Shown: positions 34,039 to 43,601 of the stretch, piece by piece | Position numbering within the stretch: the stretch's first letter is position 1 | Layout: each line of letters starts with the position of its first letter | Assembly: GCF_056746865.1 (NCBI RefSeq) | Contig: NZ_CM163382.1 | DNA: 64,000 bases | Strand: one strand, 5' to 3' | Position numbers and translations under genes: made by a program | Notes under the pieces: generated by a model | What the model was told of the DNA's origin: nothing | Databases searched by the model: none | The model's input: only the letters and a program-made list of their open reading frames with translations

Positions 34039-34122
34039 AATCGATATTCCTTTTTGCAGATAAATGAAAACGCCAGCCCTGTTCAGGCTGGCGTCAGTGG
34101 AATGAAGTCTGGTGAGTAATAT

Positions 34123-34320
34123 TTACCGGTTCTGGTGCAGAAGCTGCAGATGACGAAGAGTACGGACATCCTCCCGGGCCCGTTCGATACAGGGCAACAG
34201 TGCTGCCGAATCCGTTTTATCCTCATCGTTGTCAAAGATAATTCCCGATTCGCAGTCGATATTGTCCTGCAGCCACACAATCAGAATATCCAGTGCTGTT
34301 TCCGTGGTTAATGATTTCAT
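34123..34320 (-). CDS. DUF957 family small protein
   Basis: 65-aa ORF MKSLTTETALDILIVWLQDNIDCESGIIFDNDEDKTD... matching recalled CP4-prophage small-protein family. Confidence 0.7.
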   Translation of the reverse strand: MKSLTTETALDILIVWLQDNIDCESGIIFDNDEDKTDSAALLPCIERAREDVRTLRHLQLLHQNR

Positions 34321-34331
34321 GTTGTTCCTGG

Positions 34332-34820
34332 TTACCAGTCGAAAGTGGGCAGGTCAGGCAGGCATTCAGCGCTGGCATCCAGATGAATGAGACTGACGCC
34401 ATAACGCCGGATAAGAGTGACAACCAGACGGCGGAACGTTTTTGACAGTCCCAGGCGTTTAAGTCGCAGAACCGGGTATGACCACGCATCGGTACGTAAC
34501 AGATATCCGCTACCTGTAAAATGAATCCATTCTGATTCGCCGGTGTCATTCGTCTGATGTGACAGCGAGTACAACCAGGCATTGTCCGTTTCCGTGATAT
34601 GTGCGGTACTGCAGCGTATGCCGGTAAGGGCCGCAGATGGTGGCGTGCGCTCTGCTGATGCCCGGTCAGATTCATCAACAACACGAAGGGAGTAACCGTT
34701 ATCGCAGACCACGTTAATCAGTTCAGCGAGAGTAACACCATCGACGTCAACGACAATGCGCCCCATGTTCAGTGCCTGCACGTTAATGCTGTCGGCTTCC
34801 AGCGTCAGGGCCAGTTTCAT
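34332..34820 (-). CDS. DUF5983 (YeeW-like) family protein
   Basis: 162-aa ORF immediately downstream of cbtA, overlapping its stop by 4 bp. Confidence 0.65.
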   Translation of the reverse strand: MKLALTLEADSINVQALNMGRIVVDVDGVTLAELINVVCDNGYSLRVVDESDRASAERTPPSAALTGIRCSTAHITETDNAWLYSLSHQTNDTGESEWIHFTGSGYLLRTDAWSYPVLRLKRLGLSKTFRRLVVTLIRRYGVSLIHLDASAECLPDLPTFDW

Positions 34821-35194
34821 TGTTTCGCCCCCGGATGTTTACCCAAGGTAATGTTATTTACCGTTCTGTAATTGTCGCGGGCCATCAGGCCGGTTGCCCG
34901 GCGGGCCCGGAGGATATCAATACTGTTTATTAACTGAGAACGGGTACAGGCGCTGAATCCCGGCTGGTCGGTACGTACCAGTGCGTATTTTTCAACGAGA
35001 AAGTTCACCGCATCGCACAGTGAAATGCCTGCCTCAATATGCTGCTCAATCACACGTTCATCAGCGAACGGTGTGTCATTCAGTGTGAGGCCGTAATGCT
35101 GGTCCAACAGTCGGGTGAGCAGTGTCTGCCAGATGGTGACGGGAGACGGGCAGCGCGATGCCTCCCGTACGTGTGTGTCAGGTAATGTTTTCAT
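34817..35194 (-). CDS. cbtA: CbtA-family toxin (cytoskeleton-binding toxin, YeeV/YkfI/YpjF family)
   Basis: Translation from MKTLP… is near-identical over most of its length to recalled YeeV; start set at ATG 35194 with GAGG RBS rather than the longer upstream ORF start. Confidence 0.85.
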   Translation of the reverse strand: MKTLPDTHVREASRCPSPVTIWQTLLTRLLDQHYGLTLNDTPFADERVIEQHIEAGISLCDAVNFLVEKYALVRTDQPGFSACTRSQLINSIDILRARRATGLMARDNYRTVNNITLGKHPGAKQ

Positions 35195-35240
35195 CTTAAG
35201 TTCTCTGTAACTGGTAGTGCTAAAGGTGAGATATTCGGGG

Positions 35241-35615
35241 TTATGAGGTGGTTGCGGGTGCCAGTGTCGGATAAACAGCCATATAAACGTAACCACAGCT
35301 GCCGAGGGTGTCGGCTTCGCAGGTCAGCCCTCTGGCATACAGCGTGACGGTATGCTGATGGCGGGGATTCAGTTCACCGCTGGTGAGCATGAGTTCCAGT
35401 TGTTTCATCAGCAGCGGAAAGGCCTGGTCCAGATGATACGCATCCGCGTCGCTAAACTGCCCCCTGATACCGGCGCGGTCGGCAAGGTAATGCAACTGAT
35501 TGCCCTCCTGCACCAGACGTGCCCCGAAACAGGGCGTCACGGTGCAGGGGAGCCCCCACCAGGGGCGGTCGTTGTTGTTGTCGGGATGCGTTGTCCCGGG
35601 GTGTGTGTCTGACAC
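35241..35615 (-). CDS. cbeA: CbeA-family antitoxin (YeeU/YafW/YfjZ family)
   Basis: 124-aa ORF MSDTHPGTTHPDNNNDRPWWGLPCTVTPCFGARLVQEG… matching recalled YeeU. Confidence 0.85.
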   Translation of the reverse strand: MSDTHPGTTHPDNNNDRPWWGLPCTVTPCFGARLVQEGNQLHYLADRAGIRGQFSDADAYHLDQAFPLLMKQLELMLTSGELNPRHQHTVTLYARGLTCEADTLGSCGYVYMAVYPTLAPATTS

Positions 35616-35694
35616 GATAAAATCCTCACAGAAAATCGGTTAAGAATGCTCCGATGGTGGCGATAATTCGGCTCATCAGAATGCCCTTTCTGAT

Positions 35695-35916
35695 TCAGTT
35701 CAGGGTAACGCTCATCAGACGGACATACGGACCAAAACTGTCCTTACGGCGTTCAGCAAACACGGCCAGCACACCGGGAATATCCTGCACTTCACGGCCG
35801 GTATACGTATCCGTGCTACCGTGCCAGCGGTATTTACCGGTACAGAACGGAAAAAGACGGGATGCAGGATGCTGTTGGTGAATACGCATGGCTTCACCAC
35901 GGGTGATGATTTTCAT
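35695..35916 (-). CDS. DUF987 (YeeT-like) family protein
   Basis: 73-aa ORF in conserved position between radC-like and cbeA. Confidence 0.75.
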   Translation of the reverse strand: MKIITRGEAMRIHQQHPASRLFPFCTGKYRWHGSTDTYTGREVQDIPGVLAVFAERRKDSFGPYVRLMSVTLN

Positions 35917-35978
35917 AATGGGATACCTCTGAAGACAGAAGATAAAAGTGAAAACAGGTGTGATGTGGTTGTGACGGG

Positions 35979-36455
35979 TTAAAGCAGACCGTGTTCGGCA
36001 AAGGAGAATACCTGGTTGCCACCGACTATCAGATGGTCCGGCACCCGGATATCCACCAGGGCCAGCGCCTGTACCAGACGTTCAGTGATAAGCCGGTCTG
36101 CCTTACTGGGGGTGACTTCACCGGACGGGTGATTGTGCGCCAGCACCACGGCAGCGGCATTGTGGTACAGGGCACGTTTAATCACCTCCCGGGGATGGAC
36201 TTCTGTGCGGTTGATGGTGCCTGTGAAGAGGGTTTCACCCGCAATCAGCTGATTCTGGTTGTTCAGATACAGCACCCGGAACTCTTCCCGCTCCAGTCCT
36301 GCCATGTTCAGAATCAGCCATTCCCGTGCCGCATGCGTGGAGGTGAAGGCCACGCCGGGCTCATGAAGATGACGGTCCAGGGTTTTCAGGGCCCGCTGAA
36401 TGAGGCTGCGCTCGCCGGGCGTCATCGCTCCGGGCAGAAAGGAAAGCTGTTGCAT
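35979..36455 (-). CDS. RadC-like JAB-domain protein (YeeS/YfjY/YkfG family)
   Basis: Contains JAMM motif region HNHPSGEVTPSKAD; start trimmed to MQQLSFLPG…. Confidence 0.85.
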   Translation of the reverse strand: MQQLSFLPGAMTPGERSLIQRALKTLDRHLHEPGVAFTSTHAAREWLILNMAGLEREEFRVLYLNNQNQLIAGETLFTGTINRTEVHPREVIKRALYHNAAAVVLAHNHPSGEVTPSKADRLITERLVQALALVDIRVPDHLIVGGNQVFSFAEHGLL

Positions 36456-36470
36456 TATGCTTCTCTCCAT

Positions 36471-36950
36471 TCAGTCGATGATGCGCATAATGGCGCTGCA
36501 TTCCGGATGCTGCAGGGCGTAATCCCGCAACCGATAATAATGGACCGTCATGGCATAATTCTCCGTACGACAGGCGTGATGACTGTACGTCATCAGACAG
36601 GCGGCAATGCCGGCGGCTTCCGGGCTCATTTCAGCGCGGTTACCGTTCATGACGTTAAACAGCACCCATGTTTCGTCATCATCGTCATCCGGTTCGGGTG
36701 CCATAAATGCGCCACCGTTGTTCAGGGTGTACAGATTCCAGATACCACCGCAGTAGTCTTCACACAGACGGTCCATCCAGCCGAAGACACGGGGCTCCAG
36801 GGTCACCCACTGTGGAATGAGGCCAAAATGCTGCGGCCAAAAGCTGATGCGCTGTTCATCAGGGACGAGGCTGGCAACCAACTGAGGCGGATTATTCTCT
36901 GGTGTTGTAGCTGAATAAATTGTGGGGGTATTCTGAGAAACGCTTTTCAT
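36471..36950 (-). CDS. Antirestriction protein (KlcA/ArdB-like, YfjX/YafX family)
   Basis: 159-aa ORF with acidic stretch DDDDDE typical of this family; conserved position. Confidence 0.8.
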   Translation of the reverse strand: MKSVSQNTPTIYSATTPENNPPQLVASLVPDEQRISFWPQHFGLIPQWVTLEPRVFGWMDRLCEDYCGGIWNLYTLNNGGAFMAPEPDDDDDETWVLFNVMNGNRAEMSPEAAGIAACLMTYSHHACRTENYAMTVHYYRLRDYALQHPECSAIMRIID

Positions 36951-37031
36951 GAGATAACTCCTTAAATAACAAATAAAAGTGTGTTTTTCAGGAACGAAAG
37001 CTGAATGATTCCCTCACTCAGGGAAACGGCA

Positions 37032-37850
37032 TCAGCGCAGGCTCTCCAGCATCGTTTCTGCCATCACCCACAATGCGCGGTTGAGTTTAATATCGGTGTC
37101 GATGCTGTGAATGGCCCGGGTATGGATACGTTTTCCTTTTGCACTGCGACCGGAAATCCCGCCTTTCAGCATATTCTCCTGGATGGTCTGATATGCGCTC
37201 CACAGGTCCTTACCGTAATCCTCCCGGCGTCGCGGCGTCAGAATGTCGGCGGTGGTGACGGGCTGATGTTCGTCACCATAACGGTAAGTCAGTGCCGCCT
37301 GTGCCAGCGCCTGGCGTGCCGGTGGCGGCAGGACCAGCGACTGCATGGCATCACGCTTCTCCTCTATCCGGTCAAACACGCCCACCACTTCGTAAGCCCC
37401 TTCAATGACTCTGTCCACCACATTTCCCCGGTGCGGAACACGCACTTCCCCCAGAGACTGGCCACAGACGCACCCGTTCTGGCAGACGAACCTGAAGTAA
37501 CCCGGCAGCATCTGGTAGCTGGAGGTACCGTCATGAGAGTTGAGCAGAATAATTTCAGGGACATGTTCTCCGTTTATCTCTCCGGCCCGCCGCAGACGCA
37601 GCATGTGTTTGGTATATTCCCGGCGGCTCTGGTCGCGCACACGGGTCTGGCAGGCGAAGAACGGCTGAAAGCCTTCCCGCTGCAGATTTTCCAGGACGGT
37701 AATGGTGGGAATGTACGCATACCGTTCACTGCGGGAGGTGTGCCGGTCTTCTCCAAAAATACTCGGGACGTGGTACATCAGTTCTTCGCGTGTCAGTGGG
37801 CGCTCCCGACGGATCTGATTTACATGACCAAAACGACTGGCTAATTGCAT
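37032..37850 (-). CDS. DUF932 (YfjQ/YafZ-like) family protein
   Basis: 272-aa ORF in CP4-like module. Confidence 0.75.
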   Translation of the reverse strand: MQLASRFGHVNQIRRERPLTREELMYHVPSIFGEDRHTSRSERYAYIPTITVLENLQREGFQPFFACQTRVRDQSRREYTKHMLRLRRAGEINGEHVPEIILLNSHDGTSSYQMLPGYFRFVCQNGCVCGQSLGEVRVPHRGNVVDRVIEGAYEVVGVFDRIEEKRDAMQSLVLPPPARQALAQAALTYRYGDEHQPVTTADILTPRRREDYGKDLWSAYQTIQENMLKGGISGRSAKGKRIHTRAIHSIDTDIKLNRALWVMAETMLESLR

Positions 37851-37939
37851 ACTTTGCTCCTTATGAATGAATTAGCGGTATAAACGAAAAAGCCGCGTCT
37901 CCCGGAGAAGACGCGGCCTGATGGATGAAATGAAGACGT

Positions 37940-38173
37940 TTATTGCCTGAGAATTCCCTCACTGGCGAGATACGAATTTAGCTGTTTTCCGGCATCAGGT
38001 TCAAAATTCCAGCACCGCCAGCGTAGCTGCCCTTCGGCATTGCGGATAACCAGCCGGAAATGCGTTCCCTGGTCATCTTCAATAAGCACATTGCGGTAAG
38101 CTGTTGTGACGGCAACCGCCTGTTCGCGTGAGAAAGGGCCTTCGGGCAATAAAACAGGGTGGCAGTCCGACAT
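37940..38173 (-). CDS. DUF905 (YkfF/YpjJ-like) small protein
   Basis: 77-aa ORF; family assignment by recall and context. Confidence 0.6.
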   Translation of the reverse strand: MSDCHPVLLPEGPFSREQAVAVTTAYRNVLIEDDQGTHFRLVIRNAEGQLRWRCWNFEPDAGKQLNSYLASEGILRQ

Positions 38174-38178
38174 ACCGA

Positions 38179-38856
38179 CTATTTTCCGATAAATTCAACG
38201 CTGGCGCTGGTGGCATTACCGTCAGCACCAACCGTGACGGTCACTTTGTCGTACGCACGGTCTTCAGGATTGAATACTTCAAACTCAACCTTATTGCCTT
38301 TTACTTCGTAAGAGCCAAAATCAGCGGTTTCTGTTGTTTCCTCGTCATATTCCCGGGCGTATGCCTGCCGGGCAGCCTGCAGGACGGAATCTTTATTAAT
38401 AGTGGTCGTCTGTTTCGGGGAAAAACCGGCAAGTGATGTGACAAATTTCGGACAGACCTTCAGCATATCACCGCGGGTGAATTCCATTCGTACACCAAAT
38501 GCCTGTAAAACGGACACATCACGCTCTGCTATGGAGTGAACGGCTTTTTTGACCATTTCCGGCGCCTGTCCGATTTCCACCTCAACAGCCCTGAATCCCG
38601 TCTGCTGATTACACATTTGTGATGTGGGGATCAGGTTACCGTTAATACTGATACGGCTGCCCAGGAGCGTCTGTACACCATTCGGGCATCCCTGCATCAG
38701 GCCAGTAATACCAATCGTGCCATTTTTCAGCATTACCAGCGCCTGACCATCTTCCGTCATGGTCTGACACCAGCCGTTTTTGACAGCCCAGTTGCCGGCG
38801 GAGGCGGAGAATGATGCCACAGTGAACAGCAGGGGAAAAAGAGCTCTGGTATTCAT
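38179..38856 (-). CDS. Predicted exported protein of unknown function (signal peptide)
   Basis: ORF 38179..38961 trimmed to [23 protein letters not shown]… (Sec signal peptide, AxA cleavage site, GAGG RBS); no family recognised. Confidence 0.6.
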   Translation of the reverse strand: MNTRALFPLLFTVASFSASAGNWAVKNGWCQTMTEDGQALVMLKNGTIGITGLMQGCPNGVQTLLGSRISINGNLIPTSQMCNQQTGFRAVEVEIGQAPEMVKKAVHSIAERDVSVLQAFGVRMEFTRGDMLKVCPKFVTSLAGFSPKQTTTINKDSVLQAARQAYAREYDEETTETADFGSYEVKGNKVEFEVFNPEDRAYDKVTVTVGADGNATSASVEFIGK

Positions 38857-39003
38857 GACTGACCTCTGAAATGAACGTACGGTGTTATTGATAATGATGG
38901 AAGGTATGCAGTGACTGTTCAGGGAATGACGTAGCCGTATATTTAGTTTTCTGTTCAACATATTGTCTCCATACCTGTCGGGACGGCTTTGGCAGGCCGG
39001 CGA

Positions 39004-39684
39004 TCACAGGTTAAAGGTGTTGATAAGTTTATGGATGAAAGAGAAATGTGGCAGGGCGGAGATAAAACGCTCTTCAGCGACCAGACTGTGGATGTGGCCT
39101 CTCCGTTCAAACCGTTCTGATGTCAGGCTGACTGATTTGATATCTGCCAGAGGAAAGACCTGCAGTTTTCCCTTCTGTAACGCGATCAGATACCAGCTAC
39201 CGCTGTAATAAATGAGCCGGCAGGGCTCCAGTGACGGATACCATCGCTCAGTCATCAGAGAGATGTGGATACACTGTCTTATTGCCAGGATGAGTTGCGA
39301 GAAACACTCGGGGAACGTTGCAGTGATATCCGGCGCCGGTAGCCAGATAAGGCAGGGAGAGGGCTCCTGGTTGTCGGTAAGACAGGTTATCAGTCGTCCG
39401 TTCCGGAGCGGAAGTATCCGTGCGATCCCGGTATTCTGTATAAAAGAAAGCATTTCAGGGATCGCACCTGGGCTGCTCTGTCGTCTGAGACTGTACCGGC
39501 CATTTCTGTACTCTAAGTCCAGGTGAACCAGACGCTGATGAAAATCGCGCTGTAAAGTACGTTCTGTAACGCCAAATTCATCTGACAGTGTTTTTAGTGA
39601 CAGAGATTCTCCGGCCATCAGTCGGCTGATAATGAGTGATAAGCGAACCGCCAGGCGATCATGCCGGGAACGATTATCAGACAT
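39004..39684 (-). CDS. WYL-domain transcriptional regulator (YfjR-like)
   Basis: 226-aa ORF with N-terminal HTH (…LSDEFGVTERTLQRDF…) and C-terminal WYL-type domain (…YSGSWYLIA…). Confidence 0.7.
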   Translation of the reverse strand: MSDNRSRHDRLAVRLSLIISRLMAGESLSLKTLSDEFGVTERTLQRDFHQRLVHLDLEYRNGRYSLRRQSSPGAIPEMLSFIQNTGIARILPLRNGRLITCLTDNQEPSPCLIWLPAPDITATFPECFSQLILAIRQCIHISLMTERWYPSLEPCRLIYYSGSWYLIALQKGKLQVFPLADIKSVSLTSERFERRGHIHSLVAEERFISALPHFSFIHKLINTFNL

Positions 39685-39886
39685 AGATGTGCACTCCGTA
39701 AGAAAACATCTTTTATTTCATGATGTTATTATGCATCATGATGTTGAAAGGATGTGTCGCATCCGGATAATCAGGAATAAAATGCAGCAGAAAAAATATT
39801 CTTTTAATTATCTGATTTTTAAGCATGATTTCATAAAAAGAAGAATGCTTGTTAATCCAGCGACACATCCTGTCGGCGTGAGTGTG

Positions 39887-40771
39887 TCAGAACAGACGAT
39901 CCCACAGTGTGACCAGCAAGTGGATAATGCGGTCCCGGGCCTTACGCAGAAGCTGTAACATCCAGGCCGGAAAGCTGAATTGGGCAACGGCAGCGTCAAA
40001 GCTTTTCCCGATGGCGTCACCAAAAGTTTGTTGTGCGTGTTTCCGGGCCTGTTCAGAGCGGTTTTCCCCCCGGATATGTGAATAAACTGCGCTGGTTGCC
40101 TGTGGTGGCAGTGCGTGGATCATCAGCGACACCAGTGCCGGAAGATTCCAGCCGACAGGTGCGGCAACGGAGAGTACCGGAAATGATGACGGGAACAGGG
40201 TTGCCACCCGGGCTGTTACTGTCGCCAGTGAGAGTTCCTGCTGACGGGACGGGCATTTTTCTGTGTCGTTCCATTCTTCAGCAGGAAACACGCGATCGGC
40301 ATGGCTGAGAACAAACAGAAAACGCGAGGGATCTGCACCTTCATTCAGTAAAAACTGATGCATGGCAATATCAGCAGCATACGCACGTTCATCAGCCCGC
40401 AGGATCCAGATAATCAGATCCAGTTCCGGCAGTAACTGACGGTAAAGCTCCCGGTATTCCTGATCATGCTGCGGTGTCTCACCAATGCCGGGCATATCGA
40501 CCAGCGTCATTCTGCGTTCACCGAGCTGCAGGGTAAGACGATGAGCCTGGCGGGTGCAGCCGTTCAGGGGATGCGTGGCGCAGATACGGGACTGAAAAAT
40601 GGCATTACACAGACTGCTTTTGCCGGTGCCGGATTTACCCATAATGCCAATTACGGGCTCGTAATGAATAACACCGTGGAGATGTTCAAGGATTTTCTGG
40701 CGAATTTCTTCAGGAAGAAACGTCAGATATGATTTTACTTGTGCAGAGAGGGAAGAATGGCTGAATGACAT
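39887..40771 (-). CDS. P-loop GTPase, YfjP/YeeP/YkfA family
   Basis: 294-aa ORF with G1 motif GIMGKSGTGKSS and G3 motif DMPGIGE. Confidence 0.8.
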   Translation of the reverse strand: MSFSHSSLSAQVKSYLTFLPEEIRQKILEHLHGVIHYEPVIGIMGKSGTGKSSLCNAIFQSRICATHPLNGCTRQAHRLTLQLGERRMTLVDMPGIGETPQHDQEYRELYRQLLPELDLIIWILRADERAYAADIAMHQFLLNEGADPSRFLFVLSHADRVFPAEEWNDTEKCPSRQQELSLATVTARVATLFPSSFPVLSVAAPVGWNLPALVSLMIHALPPQATSAVYSHIRGENRSEQARKHAQQTFGDAIGKSFDAAVAQFSFPAWMLQLLRKARDRIIHLLVTLWDRLF

Positions 40772-40955
40772 ACCGGTATCCTGTTGATTTCGCTGAACCG
40801 GATCACACTAATCCGGTTTATCATTCAGGTAATATGGACGTGAAAAATGATGGAATGTCTGAATTACGGACATGATTGTTAAAGTGTAATGGAGTATGAA
40901 GTGAGTTTTTCCGAACGGGAACTAATGACATACTGCGGTTTCAGGAGATGAGAGG

Positions 40956-42086
40956 ATGACCGGACGTAAAAACAAATGTGTCAGAAAAAATTGTAACAAT
41001 CAGGTTTTCTCAGTAAAAATGGCAGTGGAGAAAAGACTGTGCAGAAAACATTATGAGAGGTTTTGTGAGCTCAAAAAAAGAAGAGAGCAAAATCCTGTTC
41101 ACAGATTAAATGAAGCATTGCCAAGAAAGATAAAAGGACCAAAAAGTAAGAAAAAATTAGTAAAAGAAAGAGAAATCATTAACAGCAGAAAAAAACATAA
41201 ACAGGAGCAGGGACCATCGCTGACTGAACTTAATAAAAAAGTTCGTGAGATACTGAAAACTCCTGCATGGAGAACGCTGGAAACGAGAATTCGAAGAAAC
41301 GGAATCACATTTAAGTCAAAAGCAGAGTTAGATGCGCTTTCTGAACTTTATGCAATTTATTCATGGGTTTCATATTGCAAACGGGGCGATAATTATTCTG
41401 TGTGGTTTTTGAATTGTCCGGATGTAAATATAAACCTTCATGTGTGCGAATGCCGGTCTTCTGAAAGCGATTGTTATCTGCCATCTCGTTTTATTATTCT
41501 TCCAGCTCCATTAAGGCAAAAAGTAAAAAGAAAATACTCGGCTAATTCGTCTGGGGTACCAGGACATAATGATTCAAAAAGTCTTTATAAGACAGTTTTG
41601 TCTGTTTGTGGTGGGAAAAGAGAAACCGAATTGTTCTTTTATTCACTGCCAGTAAAGACTAATCATCATCCTTACTGGATTAAAAGTGGTGTGGTTAAAA
41701 GATTTCCTCCTGTTTTTGGTTTGTTGTTTTATGAACAGGAAAGATTAACAGGAGGTGTTTTTCGTTATGTGTTGATAAGGTTTTATAATACTTTTAAGGA
41801 GAATTTGTTTTTTGTTGAGATTGTCTCGTGCTGTTTTCTTGTTGAGCTTTTTCATGATATTGATTCGTTTTTTATAAATCAACGATTAAGTAAGCTGGAA
41901 AGTTTTATAGATAAGTGGAGGGAGGGTAAAGAAATCTGGATAAAAGCATATCTACAACTGATACATAATACATTGGGAATAACTGAAACAGAAAAACTCG
42001 TCAATCTATATAATTCATTTTTTACTGATAAAGTGGTTATCTGGGATGAATCAGTAAAAAAAGTTAAGTGGATTTATGAGAAATAG
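40956..42086 (+). CDS. Orphan hypothetical protein in AT-rich cargo locus (Lys/Arg- and Cys-rich N-terminus, aromatic-rich C-terminal half)
   Basis: 376-aa ORF with GGAG-like RBS (ggagatgagagg) before ATG; markedly AT-rich codon usage compared with flanking genes; no family recognised. Confidence 0.6.
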   Translation: MTGRKNKCVRKNCNNQVFSVKMAVEKRLCRKHYERFCELKKRREQNPVHRLNEALPRKIKGPKSKKKLVKEREIINSRKKHKQEQGPSLTELNKKVREILKTPAWRTLETRIRRNGITFKSKAELDALSELYAIYSWVSYCKRGDNYSVWFLNCPDVNINLHVCECRSSESDCYLPSRFIILPAPLRQKVKRKYSANSSGVPGHNDSKSLYKTVLSVCGGKRETELFFYSLPVKTNHHPYWIKSGVVKRFPPVFGLLFYEQERLTGGVFRYVLIRFYNTFKENLFFVEIVSCCFLVELFHDIDSFFINQRLSKLESFIDKWREGKEIWIKAYLQLIHNTLGITETEKLVNLYNSFFTDKVVIWDESVKKVKWIYEK

Positions 42087-42629
42087 TACCATTTAACTGA
42101 AAGCCACCATAACGTCTTTTTGACTACATCCATGATAATGAGTCTCATTTTGATTTCGTTTTTTTTGTTTCGGGAAATTTTCCGAACATCAGTGATAATG
42201 AGGGTTTTGTTGTTTTTGTTTCTGCAATGTTTGAGGGCTGTTCCTGGAGATGATTCGTTGCTTGTGAGCAAGAGGTGGTCCGCTTTACTGGACAAGTTTT
42301 GCATTTGTTGAGTGGTGAAATGGAAGTAAAAAGAGCCCCTTTCTGGCAATGACTGAAAAAGTCAGTAGCGTGTGACAGTAAAAACTAACATAAAGTGATT
42401 ATCGTATGATTATGACAATGACTTATAACTTTTATGAAAAGAACAACAGAAACTATGAAACCATAGCAGATTCCTGAGACCATGTTTTCTGAGGTAGAGA
42501 AAATAATTCAAGAGTAAACCAGTTTGTTTTTTGGTCAGTAAAGAACCATGCCTGATGTGAAAACGGGTAATCAACATTCAGTCTGCATGAATGTCTGAGA
42601 ATGTTGCTAATGTCGGTATGATACTATAT

Positions 42630-42725
42630 ACACGTATTTTACTAAGTATTTTTACTAAGCATTTCAGTAAGTGTTTTACCAGACATACACGTGTTTTCAT
42701 AAACAGCCCTATAAGTGTTTTCATT
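42630..42725. repeat. Cluster of degenerate ~12-bp direct repeats (iteron-like) in AT-rich intergenic region
   Basis: Motif (A/T)(C/A)TAAG(T/C)(A/G)TTTT / ACACGT(A/G)TTTT recurs at about 42634, 42646, 42659, 42671, 42691 and 42715, first four with ~12-bp spacing. Confidence 0.5.
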
Positions 42726-43601
42726 AAGCATTGCTGTACACATTGCTTTGTCTGAAACACATCCAGTTTAGTAAATCTTTACGTTAGCTAAAATCAGTTT
42801 AAAGCTGCTGTAAAACCTTTCTGTTTAAGCAATCAATCTGCTATTCGATTTTACTGATGTTGCGTTTAACCTTTTCTGAGTTTTTGTGTTTTTAGTCGTT
42901 AACCTGAGACAAGTGTCTTTACGTAAAAACGCAAATCCGACTGAGATAACCTGGTGTGATTTACGGTGTGCTTGCGACGATTTTGTTAAATGGTTCTATG
43001 GATGATTTTGTGACGATGAGATTGATGAGATGATTAACTGGCCCTGGTGTTTTTTCTCAGTGCAAGGTGATTATCTTCATCATAAGGCTCTTTTCAGAAA
43101 AAGCGTGATGATTGGTTCTGGTGTTTTGATTCAGATGAGATTTACGTTATCGATGGTTAATCGTTTTTATGGTGTGTTGAAAAGTAACGTTTTCACGATA
43201 AGAAAATCGATTCTGATATTGGTGAACTTTGTTCTTGTGGCAGGGTTATCTGTAAACAGGTTTTAAGTGCGCTATTCGGCTCTGTGATTGAGTTGTGTGG
43301 TTAAGCTGTAGGTTTTGGTGTTGTTGTTGATTTACAGCGCCAGAAAGCGTTCTGATTGCGTTTTTGATGTTTTGTTTGCACGTTCTGTTGATCCGTTTCC
43401 CTTCAGGCTTTGTAGTTTTTAAAAACCATTTATGCCGTTGTTGTGTGTTTTATCCTGCGTGTAGGTTTATCTTTTCTTCGTGGGGGATTCATTCTGTTTT
43501 AATCAGGAGCCATTGGCGTTGCTCAATGGCGGGATGCCGTAAAGTTTTACCGCAGTGATTAATGATGTGAAGTCAATCCAAATCAACGGAGATCTCTCAT
43601 C

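Noticed and set aside
33578-34063. 161-aa plus-strand ORF overlapping the 288-aa island gene
   Set aside because: Cys/Ser-rich low-complexity translation antisense to a better-supported ORF.
35991-36914. 307-aa plus-strand ORF spanning the RadC-like and antirestriction genes
   Set aside because: Opposite strand of two conserved CP4-family genes with recognisable motifs; composition-driven shadow ORF.
37005-37844. 279-aa plus-strand ORF overlapping the DUF932 gene
   Set aside because: Antisense to a conserved family gene; rejected as shadow ORF.
42074-42349. 91-aa minus-strand and 63-aa plus-strand ORFs just after the orphan gene
   Set aside because: Low-complexity Lys/Asn-rich translations driven by AT-rich sequence; overlapping each other and the 3' end of the orphan gene.
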